Below, in pieces: positions 11,401 through 23,400 of a stretch of 64,000 nucleotides of DNA. This DNA is from Balanoglossus misakiensis (taxonomy: Eukaryota > Animalia > Hemichordata). The stretch is taken from assembly GCA_040954595.2 (NCBI GenBank), contig CM082589.2, positions 11,792,894-11,856,893 of the forward strand. The letters are read 5' to 3'. Under the pieces are notes generated by a model, which was given only the letters and a program-made list of their open reading frames with translations, was not told where the DNA came from and ran no database searches. Each line of letters begins with the position of its first letter. Position 1 is the stretch's first letter. The position numbers and the translations under genes are program-made.

Positions 11401-13428
11401 GAAGAATCCTTACTGGCTGAGCTACAGGATAGGGCAGAAAGTGTTAGAGGTGCCATTGACAAAGCAATGTTACTGGAAGAAAGTGGGGACGACGATGATG
11501 ATGATGATGACGACAATGACGACAGTCAACCCTCACTTGTCCAGGCCATGCAAATGGAAAAGGAGTGTTCACAATTACATGATCAGGCAAAGGAAAAGGT
11601 TAATATCTTAATGTTGTTCGACTTTCAATTGTTTTTCATCTAATTTTACTTTTATTCACTTTACAGGAAAAGTAACAAATGGATTATCATACTTTCTTAG
11701 CTTCAGATAATTGAAGACTTGAAAGGAAAACTCCCGCAACATGCAGGTTATACTGTGAGGGCTCTTGATAGAGCCCTTGCAAAAATTAATGTACACTTGC
11801 AGGATTACCATAGCCAGGCCTTTGTTGGCAATCATGTCAACAAATGTTGCAAGGTTTGTCATACCATGTAGGATAAATATTGTTCTGAGTTTGCATGACC
11901 ACTGACACTTTGTCAATTTGTTTCAAGTTCTCTTTCAGAATGTGTTTTCTTTTTTTAAATACAAACATTTTCCTTTTCAGTTTTTGTGCATGTCCACCAA
12001 TCATAAGCATGCATTAATGTGAATCAACATTAGTTGTAATCAGGTTTTACTTTTGTGAAATGTACTATGCAGATAGTAAACATGTAGTTAGTTCATAATT
12101 TTCATTTTACATTTATTTACATAAATAATTGATTTTATATCTTTGTGAAAGAAAATGTTAAAAGACTGCATAAATGTTCATAGTTTTCAATTGTTACAAA
12201 TTTTAGGTTTAATTTTTTCTATGTTCTGAACATGCCTTCGTGTACATGTCAGTGGAGTAACCATCTATTTTACTTTTCAGCCAAAGCATGTTACTATCCT
12301 TTGTGACAGTGTAGTAACTACAACTGAGAAATGTTGTCCTGATCTTTTCAGCAACGCTCGGCAAATTATGTCAAAGCATCAACAACTGTTTACACACTTT
12401 GCTACCTGCCATAACATATATTCTGTGAATAGAGAACTCTGCGCAGAGGAAATTGATACATTGGGTGTGTTGAGTATACAATGTCTCATGAAAGATTTTA
12501 TTTACCTTTTCATGTAATAGAGTTTCTAGTTGTACAGTATTTATTTCTCAGGTGCTGTTTGCATGCCAACATGAAGAAGATTGTATTTTGGAGATTTGAT
12601 TTCCCTACTAATATTTTCTCTGTTTCTGCATTTGTTTAGTTTAATGATTTCCATCTCAAAGTTTGGATAACATACTGTTGTATTCTACAATTTGGGATAT
12701 CAATCCATGCACAGGATATAAGCTTGTTATTTATTCAGATAAGTATTCCTGCATGCTTTTATTTCAGTATTTTTATTGTACTGTATTTTTCAGTAGTTTT
12801 TTTAATGTCACAAATAACTTCAAATATATTACAGCTTCATTGTTTGTAAACACTTCATGTTATTGTTCTACAAATCAACTACAGTTCCTTGTGCACTTCC
12901 TACTAGCATCATTAAATATATAATACAAGTAAGCATCCCAATGCAATCTTATAGCAGTGCATGATTTTTGTTCTATATATATATAGCATATATATAGATT
13001 CAGTTGTGAATATACAAGTGTGGAAAGTAATATGAGAAACTGTAGATGATACATAGACATTTTTTGTAATGTTTTCACTATGCATATGCTATTTTATAAT
13101 TCTTTCCTTTTTTTCAGATTCTGCTATTTCACAGCTACTACAGCATTACAGAGAAACGTTCCCATCCCAGAATGTTTTTCCCAAACTCCATCTGCTTGAG
13201 TGCCATGTTGCAAAAAGGGTGAGGCATTTTCAGAGAGGGTTGGGCTTGTTTTCTGAACAAGGGATAGAATCAACCCACCATCGCATGAATAAATCACTGA
13301 GAAGTTATAACTGTGTACCTGGGGACAATCTAAAGAAGGTAGAGTTAATGATGAAAGATCACCACATAAAATCACACCCCAGCCATGTTGTACCAGAAAT
13401 TAAAAAACGTGGGCCATACCAAAAGTGA
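8404..13428 (+). pseudogene. Chapaev-type / RAG1-related DDE transposase, 9 predicted exons, disabled
   Basis: Predicted exons are 8404-9451, 9629-9915, 10151-10393, 10510-10586 (GC donor), 10693-10895, 11212-11598, 11701-11853, 12281-12464 and 13118-13428, with AATAAA right after the stop. The N-terminus HRNLVSKRCRICA..D..IHPNFICKDC..FDWTKH..CTVC matches the Chapa/RAG1 N-terminal zinc domain, followed by a RING (CPIC..C.GPHTFCCEC..CPVC) and C..GC..H..C. Core motifs are KVGGDHGGG, TGDYEYL..GLSGASGKYFCLWC, LHISLG, FVGNH, PKLHLLECH and GLFSEQGIES. Lesions are a frameshift at ~8665 (AC repeat), TAG at 8837 and TAA at 10239. Confidence 0.85.
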
Positions 13429-13790
13429 AATAAAGATTGTTGAACAGTAGATAATGTATATATATGTATATTGTCGTTTCGAATTTAAAAAGTTTCAATG
13501 TATATGTAGTGATCTTGCTGTGAATCATTTCAGAATATGTACCATAACACATGCATACATTCTGCAGATCTGTGTGAGTCGAGAGAGGTGTGTGTGTGTA
13601 AAAATACACTGGATCGTTTACTGTTTTATAACAATTTTTATGCTAATTAGTAAGAGAAAACTCAGTAAAAGGTGATTTTACATTGTTTCTCCAGTATTTT
13701 TACCACTTTTCCATCAATAAAAATAGTTTAACAGTGTGAGAAACTGCTTTACCCATTGTAAAACACACAATAAAGGGAAATCCCACATCG

Positions 13791-16700
13791 GCCGGGGCTT
13801 CAGCAAAACCAGGCCGTAGAAAATCCGACGTAATCACCGTTGATAACTTACGCCAGTCTGTCTCATATAGAGCCGGTGCACCAGCCGAGTCACGCCGTAG
13901 GAAATCTGACTTGACCAACGTGGTCAATGTACGCCTGTTTCTGCTCTAGAGTGCCGGGGCTTCAGCTGAGCCAGGCCGTAGGAAACCCGACGTGATTACC
14001 GTTGTTAACTTACGCCAGTCTGTGTCCTATATATAGTGCCGGGGCATCAGCCGTGCCAGGCCGAAGGAAACGTGAGTAGATCAACGTGGTCTCTGTAGGC
14101 GTGTTTCCGCTCTAAAGTGCCGGGGCTTCAGCTAAACCAGGCCGTAGGAAATCTGACTTGATCACCGTTGCTAACGTACGCTAGTGTCTGTCATATTGTG
14201 ACGGAGATATAGCCGAGCCAGGCCGTAGAAAAATCGACTTGTTCAACGTTACCAGTGTGCAACTGTTTCTGCTCTAGAGTGTCAGGGTTTTAGCCGACTT
14301 ATGCTGTAGGAAATCTTAGTTGATGAACGGGAATTCAATGTTAGAAAACCCGTGTGGAAAGTATCTCTACCCGTTTGAAACTAAGAAAAGAATTTATTCT
14401 TATTTATTTTGTAAAAAAGACAATTTTTCGAAAAAAAATCGATAATGGTAATTTTGTCTTGGGTGATTCAAATTATACCGCCTTTTCTGGAATTTGCAGC
14501 ACTTTTTACAAGAGAACGACACTTCATGCTCCATAATATTTCCGAAAAAATAAGAAAAGAGTTAATTTTTTATGATTTTTTTAAAATTTACCATTTTTGT
14601 CAAAATATGGCCAAAATGGCTATTTTTTCTTGAATTCCGTCAATATCTCTGCATTTTTGGAGTGGTCGAAAGTCTTAACATACAATCAACATGTCATATA
14701 TGATCAGGGCACCAAATTCGAAGAACAAAGGTTTTTTTATTTGTTTTTCTAAAAATGACATTTTCAAGTAAAATTTGGTAAAAAGCAATTTTGTCTGCAG
14801 TGAGACAAATTAGACGGTCATTTGTGGAATTTGTATCGATATATACATACGACGAGCATTCTATACTCCATCAGATTTCCGAAAATGTAGAAAACAGGTA
14901 TTTTTGTAATTTTCAAAAATTTACCATTTTGACCAAATTGTGGCTAAAATTGTTAATTTCGTGTTGAATGCCGCCAGTGTCACTGCTTTTAAAAGTCTTA
15001 AAAACTTTTAACATACAAGCAATTGTTTATATATGATCAGGTCACCGAATTAAAAAAATAAAGAATGTTTTGCCTAAAAATGACCTTTTTGGTGCAAAAA
15101 CGAATAAAACGCAATTTTGTATTAAATCAGCTCATTCAGAGTGCATTTTTATAATAAGCACCATTTTTACATATAATGGAAATTTCATACATCATCAGAT
15201 ATCCAAATATGAAAAAATGATTTAGATTTTAGATGATTGTCCAAAATTAGCTGATATCTAATAAATGTAGTATTGAACCGTTCCGTTCCCCCCCCCCCCT
15301 TACATTATATGCGGTACGCCGATGTCAGCTTACCCGGCAGTACTGCAGGCCGTGCCCCCAACTAACGTCGGTGTTTGAAACGCCCTGGTTAAATTCGGGC
15401 TCTCTCTATAAATTGACAGGCAATAATGCAGTCCTACCGGAACAAATGTCGAGTGTTGACCGCTGTGACTTTCCCTCTTCGGTTTGCCCGACTTAGCCAA
15501 CGTCTTTGTACTAGAGTGTCGGGTCTTTTGCAGAGCCAGGCCGAAGGAAATCCGACTTGATCACCGTTGCTAACGAACGCTAGTGTCTGTCATGGTGTGC
15601 CGGGGTTTTAGTCGAGCCAGGCCGTAGGAGATCTGACTTGATCATCGTGGTCAATGTACGCGTGTTTCCGCTCTAAAGTGCCGGGGCTTCAGCTAAACCA
15701 GGCCGGAGGAAATCCGACGTAATCACCGTTGATAACTTACGCCAGTCTGTGTCATATAGAGCCGGTGTACCAGCCGAGTCACGCCGTAGGAAATCTGACT
15801 TGATCAACGTGGTCAATGTACGCCTGTTTCTGCTCTAGAGTGCCGGGGCTTCAGCTGAGCCAGGCCGTAGGAAACCCGACGTGATTACCGTTGTTAACTT
15901 ACGCCAGTCTGTGTCCTATATATAGTGCCGGGGCATCAGCCGTGCCTGGCCGAAGGAAATGTGAGTAGATCAACGTGGTCTCTGTACGCGTGTTTCTGCT
16001 CTAGAGTGCCAGGGCTTTAGCCAAGCCATGCCGTAGGAAATCTGAATTAATCAACGTTGCTAACGAACGCTAGTGTCTGTCATAGTGTGCCTGGGTTTTA
16101 GTCGAGCCAAGCCGTAGGAGATCAGACTTGATCAACGTGGTCTCTGTACGCGTGTTTCTGCTCTAGAGTGCCTGGGCTTTATCCAAGCCATGCCGTAGAA
16201 AATCTGACTTGATCACCATTCCTAACGTACGCTAGTGTCTGTCATGTTGTGACGGAGATTTAGCCGAGCCAGGCCGTATAAAAATCGACTTGTTCAAAGT
16301 TACCAGTGTGCAACTGTTTCTGCTCTAGAGTGTCAGGGTTTTAGCCGACTTATGCTGTAGGAAATCTGAGTTGATGAACGGGAATTCAATGTTAGAAAAC
16401 CCGAGTGGAAAGTATCTCTACCCGTTTGAAACTAAGAAAAGAATGTATTCTTATTTATTTTGTAAAAAAGACAATTTTCGAAAAAAAAAGTCGAAAATGG
16501 TAATTTTGTCTTGGGTGATTTAAATTATACCGCCTTTTCTGGAATTTGCAGCACTTTTTACTAGAGAACGACACTTCATGCTCCATAATATTTCCGAAAA
16601 AATAAGAAAAGAGTCAATGTTTTATGATTTTTTAAAAATTTACCATTTTTGTCAAAATATGGCCAAAATGGCTATTTTTTCTTGAATACTGTCAATATCT

Positions 16701-16991
16701 CTGCATTTTTGGAGTGGTCGAATGTTTTAACATACAATCAACATGTCATATATGATCAGGGCACCAAATTCGAAGAACAAAGGTTTTTTTATTTTTATTT
16801 CTAAAAATGACATTTTCAAGGAAAATTTGGTAAAACACAATTTTGTCTGCAGTGAGCCATATTAGACTGTCTTTTTTGGAATTTGTATCGATATATACAT
16901 ACGAAGAGCATTTTATACTCCATCAGATTTTCGAAAATGTAGAAAACGGGTATTTTTTGTAATTTTCAAAAATTTACCATTTTGACCAAAT
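13791..16991 (+). repeat. ~2-kb macrosatellite segment
   Basis: The same unit resumes at GCCGGGGCTTCAGC (13791), with poly-C at ~15290, and ends at the BEL target site CAAAT. Confidence 0.95.
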
Positions 16992-17498
16992 TGTGGGGAA
17001 GTATCGTGGCAGTGATCAATACTCCCGGGAGGGGGTTCGAGTATACTGACGTCGGAAAAGAAGCGAACGATTCAGTGCTAGGTAAAACACTGGTTTATTA
17101 CCATCTGAATCCAACAACAAAGTAACACCACAGAGCTCCTTACAAAATGCTGCCCGAAAGCGCCAAAACTGGGTTATATATAAGTCCCACGAACGCCGGA
17201 GCAAACACTCAACAATTACAATAAATCTGCTACAAGTATAAAGTTTGGCGGTAAACAAAGCCAACTCTGATAGGGTAAGAGTTTCCGTCACGTGATCCTT
17301 CTGGAGTAAATCTCTCACTTCTCCATATTCTCCCCCGCGCAAAGGAAAGTCTCGAAAATCATCAGAAAAAAAACATTAAATAACATGAAATATGATTAAA
17401 GTCACCTAAAGTGTTCAAGGATAATAAACTAATGTTCATTGTGTCAGTAAACATGATAACAGTCACAATGCGATCGAAATTGTTTTCCAATTTCAAAG

Positions 17499-20400
17499 TC
17501 AAATAGAGAGATCCGCTATTCGTACTCGAGCGGCAACTGCAGAGTCTCTGACAGGTCGTCTCGGGGGTACAACATCCGCCTTCACCGAGGAATCTTCAGA
17601 GGCTCCAGCTGTGTCGACTGTTTCAGTATTCGTGTTGGAATCTGCTCCAATACCTGTATTATCTCCAGACACAGTTGACAGCTCCTTGGAGACAACTTCC
17701 AATGGGTACAATTTATGGATAGGTCGGTTTGTAGGACCACCTGCGGTGTTCAACTCCGCAGATCGTACCAGTTTATCATTACCGAAGATCAACCTTGTTA
17801 CAGTTCCTAAATGCCATTTCGGACGTTTGTCAGTGTCACTGTGTATTATCACGACATCTCCGACCTTGATGACATTATCACGAGTTCCTTTGGTGGGATG
17901 TCGTTCACGTAGGGCAGTCAGATACTCGGACGACCATCTTCGCCAAAATTGATCGTGAAATCTTGATAGATGTTCATATCTTTTGTTGATTTCACGATTA
18001 TCACAGTAAGATGGGTCAATCACCTCTTCGTCGGTGATCTCGATGTACGGCAATGAGGTCAGTGTCCTGCCATGTAGCAAGTGATTTGGGGTCAATCCAA
18101 TGTTGTCGTTTATACTGGATGACACGTACGTTAACGGCCTGTCGTTTAAAACGGCTTCAATTTCAGTCACAACTGTTGCGAGTTCATCAAAGGTTAGGTA
18201 AGCTCGACCGAGAGTTTTCCTAATAGCGTTCTTTGTCAAAGCAATCAGCCTCTCCCAGAAGCCACCAAACCAGGGCGCGCGCTTCGGTATAAACGTCCAT
18301 TGTACACGGTGTGCGGCGAGAAAGTCATTTACTTCTGGCGTATCAAACAGTGTTTTGATTTCATTGGCAGCCGATAAATAAGTCGATGCGTTGTCTGACA
18401 GCATCCTACTCGGCAAAGAACGTCTCGCGGCGAATCTTCTGAACGCGTGCATGAACGTCTGGGTTGACATATCAGGAACCAGTTCTAGGTGAATGGCACG
18501 CGTCACCGCACAGGTGAATAAACAGATATAGGCTTTGGCACGTGTCCCATCTTTGGCCTTGGTATAAAGATGACCCGTGAAATCCACGCCTGTTACAGTA
18601 AATGCTGGGACAATGTTCACTCGATAACTTGGTAGCGGCGCTTGCACTGGATTCGCGTAAGGTTTCCCGGTAACTTTGTTGCAAATGACACAACCACGTA
18701 AGACACCGCGTACAATAATCTGAATTTTGGGGATCCAATATCTTTGCCTTATCTGTGTCACTGTAGATTGGACTCCCTGGTGAAGCGTCAGTTCGTGTCA
18801 TTTCCGTATTATCAAATTTGTCAATTTATGATGCGAGGGTATCAAGGCGGGAAATCTTGTGACGAAATCGATCGGCGCGTTATGGATTCTACTCCCACAG
18901 CGAAGTACGTCTTCTTCGTCAACAAATAAGTTCAGTTGTCGAACAATGGGCGCACATTTACTCAAGTTCAATTTCACAGACTGGATTTCGGCGTCATAGA
19001 ACTGCCGTTGAATATGTTTAACCCACATATTTTCCGCTCGGTGCAGCTCATCAGGGGTAATTCTCCCGTGTTTCACCTCGGTAGATTTTTTCATCCGTGC
19101 GATGAATCTGAGGACATAACTTGTCACTCGTAATAGCCTATCCAAGTTGTTGAATCTGGAAATGTCAACAACGTGTTGAATTCCGTAGTCATTGGGACTG
19201 GTAATTTCCAGATTTTCGCGATCTGTACATCGTCTGGCTTTGGGGGGAGCGAGTATTTCTGCTTTCTCGGTAGACTGATCGTTGATTCCGTTGCCGAAAC
19301 GCGGCGGCAATCTGTCCGTCTCATCTGGTTCGATTGCGGTATGCATCACATTAACATCAAACGCTGGGCAACTAGGCCAATCGCTTGTCTTTAGCCATGT
19401 TGGTCCATTACGCCATAGTTCAGAGCGTTCCATCATTTCGTAGGTTACCCCTCTGGTTAAAGGATCAGCTGGGTTGTGTTCTGATGGGCAGTATTTCTTT
19501 GTGGACTGAAATTCGCGAATTTCATCAACTCGATTCTTCACAAACACCGGAAGTCTCTTCTCACTGTTCAGCCAGTGAAGGACAATTTGGCTGTCACTCC
19601 ATAAATAACAACGAACTATGTCATATTTGGAGGACAGGGCTTCTTTAGCGTACTTGCTGAGACGTGTGGCTATTAACGCAGCCATCAATTCCAGTCGCGG
19701 GAGTGTAGTTTCAGCCACTGGTGCGGTTCTAGTCTTCGCCATCACAAAAGACGTTTGCTGTCCTCTTTTCAAATACACTACTGCCCCATACGCTCTCTGG
19801 CTTGCGTCTGCAAAGGCGTGTAGCTCGCATTCATTGTCGCCTTCAAGTTCATCAAAATATTGTCGTTCGATCTTCGTGTTTCGCGAGTCTTTGAGATCTT
19901 CTGCGATGTGCATCCATTGAGTGTAGAGATCTGCGTTGATAGGTTCATCCCAGTCTAATTCCAGTTTCCATAGTAACTGAATGAACAATTTGGCTTTGAT
20001 CATTACAGGGGCGAGAAATCCAAACGGATCAAATAGCATCGCCACATAGCTGACAATGTCACGTTTGGTCACGAGTTCGGCACGCGACGACATATTAACC
20101 ACTTTGGAGTAAGTCAATTCGTCAGATTTTGTTGACCACTGCATTCCCAAAACGGATACATCTTCGGTGGGTTCGTTCAGATTGTCACATGTAGCGAGTT
20201 CGTTTATTTGTTGACAGTTGGAAGACCATGCTCTGAGTTTGAATCCGCCTGATGTCATCAACTCATTGGCTTCATGGTAGTATTTCATGGAGTTTTCTGC
20301 AGTATTTATTTATTTTTATTTATTTATTACACAGATCAACGGGCAAACCCACTTACAGATCTGGGAAACAATAAAAACAATTAAGTCACAAAACAAAAAT

Positions 20401-23400
20401 TAACTGAAAAACAAGACACCAAAAAAGTAACACATGTCACGTAAAATATAAATACAAATCAAGGAACAGTACCATTAAAATGACTGGATAAAATAGATTT
20501 AAAACTGTGGAGCGTAGAAAAAATATCAATATTACATTTAGAAGAAATCTCATTAAAAGCAGACATGCATCTGAGCATTGTCGAGAATTTTCTACAATTA
20601 ACGGAGCGCAAGTCGGGTTTAAAAAGGGGTTTCTTGCGTAAATTTCTACTAGGGGCGTAAAAACATATTTGATGTAAAATACCAGGTGAATCATACTGTG
20701 AGTGGATAATTTTGTATAAAAAAACATGTCAAGGGTGCGTCTTCTGTTATATAACATTGGGATATTCAGTAATCTACAATAAATAGGGTAGCTGGACCTG
20801 CTGCAGTGAATATTGAGTTTGCAACAAATGTACTTCACAAACTTAATTTGTACCCGCTCAATCTTGTCTGACAGGCCCTTTTGGTGGGGTGACCACACAA
20901 CAGAGCCATACTCTAGAATAGATGTTACATAAACAAAATATAGAGAAATAATAGCGGATATGTCATTAAAAGGCTGGCAGAGGCGCTTAATAAAACCCAG
21001 AGATTTGAAGGCTCTGGAAACTGTGTTATTTATGTGGAAAGAATAATTGAGATTAGAAGTAAGGTATATGCCCAAGTCCTTGATTACAGAAACACGTTGA
21101 AGGGGAGTGCTATTGATAGAGTAGTCAGTAGATGAAATAACCCTTTTCTTTAGGGTGAAACTGATGAATTTGCATTTATTGATATTAGGTGACAACTTCC
21201 AGTTGTCACACCAGAGAGCAAATTTATCAAGGTCTTTCTGTAACAAGTCACAATCAGCGGAGGAGGTGATGGTACGGTAAATCTTAGCATCGTCGGCATA
21301 CATGCTGAGCTTTGCAGAAATATCTAACAGTGATATATCATTTATATACATTACAAAAAGTAGTGGCCCCAAGAGTGAACCTTGTGGGACCCCCGATGTA
21401 GCAGTGAAGCTGTTTGACGAGTGACTGCCAAACACCACCCTCTGTTGTCTGAGATGGAGATACGACGCCAGCCAGCTGTGCAAATTGCCACATATACCAA
21501 ATTTGGCGGCTTTGTACAGCAGTAGTGTGTGACAGACACTGTCAAACGCCTTGCTAAAATCAGTGTAGATTGAATCTACCTGTTCTTTGTTGTTCAATGA
21601 AGCTGAAATGAAATCAGTGTAAGCCACTAAGTTGGTTGTGGTAGATCTATTTTTAACAAATCCATGCTGATCAATGGATATATTTGGTTGAACATGCTGG
21701 TAGATATGAGGGACAATGACAGCTTCGAAAATCTTAGCAAAATATCAACTCCATCGATCACATTATCCACATAGATATTATTTCCCAATCTGTCAGCGGT
21801 GGGAAGTTGACTATTGTTCTCTAAATGCGTCTTGATAACCGCATTGAGGATGAATGGGGAACAGACTGCTCCAAACAAGACAGACTTAAACTGCAAAGTT
21901 ATGAAGTCACTTTCTGGGTCGTTAATGTCCGACAGCCACAGAAATTTCGTGAATTTCCTCTCATCTTCTTCCAACCGAATGTTCAGGAATGCTTTCTCAA
22001 TGTCAGCTGTGAAAGCAATGTTATTGGCGCGGAATCTCAGCAGAATCGCTGGCAGGTCATTTATTAATGACGGTCCAGTTTGCAAGCAATCATTCAAACT
22101 TGGATAATTAGAATCCTTCTTACAAGAGCAATCATAAACGATGCGAATGGGTGTTGTGGTCGAATTCTTAACCACCGGACGATGTGGCAAATAGTGTCCG
22201 ATATTCACGTCATCTTCGTCAACCTCTCCGATGAAGTCGCGACGTCTCTGTTCATTGATTATGTCGTCATATTTCTTGATGAGTTCAGAGGGTAACCTGC
22301 GTATCATATTACGCGTGCGTTTCATGGCGACATCGTGGTTGGTGGGTAGTGGAGGGTGATCTTCCTTCCACAGTAGTTTAGCTACGTATTTTCCTCGGTC
22401 AACTCTCAAGTGCGTGTCTCTGTAAGACTCGTACGTCAACTGTTCATCAACTGTTGGATTGTCCTGAATACCGATCAATTCAAGGTCCCACATATTTTGG
22501 ACCTGTGGTTCTCGGCCGATCGCAGTACTATCCATCGGTGTATACATGTCCGTTGCGCGATCTCCATGCAGTCCGTTGATAGAGTTCTCTGAAACTACGT
22601 TACTGGTATCAGCAGTAGAAATCACATGTAAGATATGCGCATTAGAATCCACTTTGGGAGTTCCGAGGGGTCCGGAGAGTAAGTATCCAAATTTGGATGA
22701 CACAGCAGTGGGGCCGGACGCGCCAGAAATAACGTGTGAGCCCACGAAATTCCAATATTGGTCGGCTCCGATTAGAACATCTATTGGCCACGACTGATCA
22801 CTCGAAACTGGATGTGCGAATGGTAGCCCTTTCAGGTGGCTCATATTGTGGACTTCCTGAGAAATGTGATTTGTTAAGTCCGACGATATCTCTGGAATTA
22901 TCATCGCGTGAATAGTTGAAGTATTCCCGTTCAGTTCATGAGCAGTTAGTTCGGTGAATCCCATGGTGCGTACTTTGGAATCCTTGCCACGGAAGGTCGA
23001 TAACTTTATGTGTTCGTGCCGCGTAGCTTTCGCGGACAGCTGACGGGCGAATCTCTTAGTGACGAATGTCTTATTTGCTCCTTCATCAAACAGGATGATG
23101 GCATGTATGGGGGTTCCCCGTCCGACAGACAGTGGTACAAACGCAGTTTTCAGCAGCACTGGCCCAGTGTTTATCTTCTTATCCGTAAATGTATCGGTAT
23201 TAGTCAATGTTACTTTGACATCAGAAGTACTTGATGATGGCGATGGCGAGGACGACGCTCCGGTTGGCGTAGTTGTAGCGGTGGGAACGTCGTAGTGTAG
23301 CGCAGAGTGATGACGTTTCCTACACTTTCTGCAGGAGTATTTTGATTTACACTCCGCAACTCTATGTTTTCCAAAGCAATTAAAACATAGTCTGTCCTTC

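Larger units (their letters stand above)
7742..13790 (+). mobile_element. Transposase-bearing segment replacing the centre of a satellite unit (Chapaev/RAG1-related DNA transposon body)
   Basis: Unique sequence starts right after polyC-TA (CACACATGCG...) and rejoins the 81-bp array at GCCGGGGCTTCAGC. About 375 bp of the normal unit is absent, and no TSD or matching TIR pair is seen. Confidence 0.8.

Noticed and set aside
8404-13428. Calling the gene RAG1 or a ProtoRAG element
   Set aside because: The core motifs (GGDHGGG, GDYE, short D-D spacing) differ from RAG1/RAG1L, and there is no RAG2-like gene or RSS-like TIR pair. Chapaev-type is the better description.
13731-13740. ACAGTGTG as the right TIR matching CACACATG at 7742
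   Set aside because: Only 5 bp are complementary, there is no TSD, and ~50 bp of non-satellite sequence follows.
13700-14330. 81-bp (27-codon) monomers as a repeat protein on the minus strand (…KSDFLRPG…)
   Set aside because: A-type monomers carry an in-frame stop (CTCTAGAG/CTTTAGAG) and one monomer is 85 bp, so no sustained frame exists.
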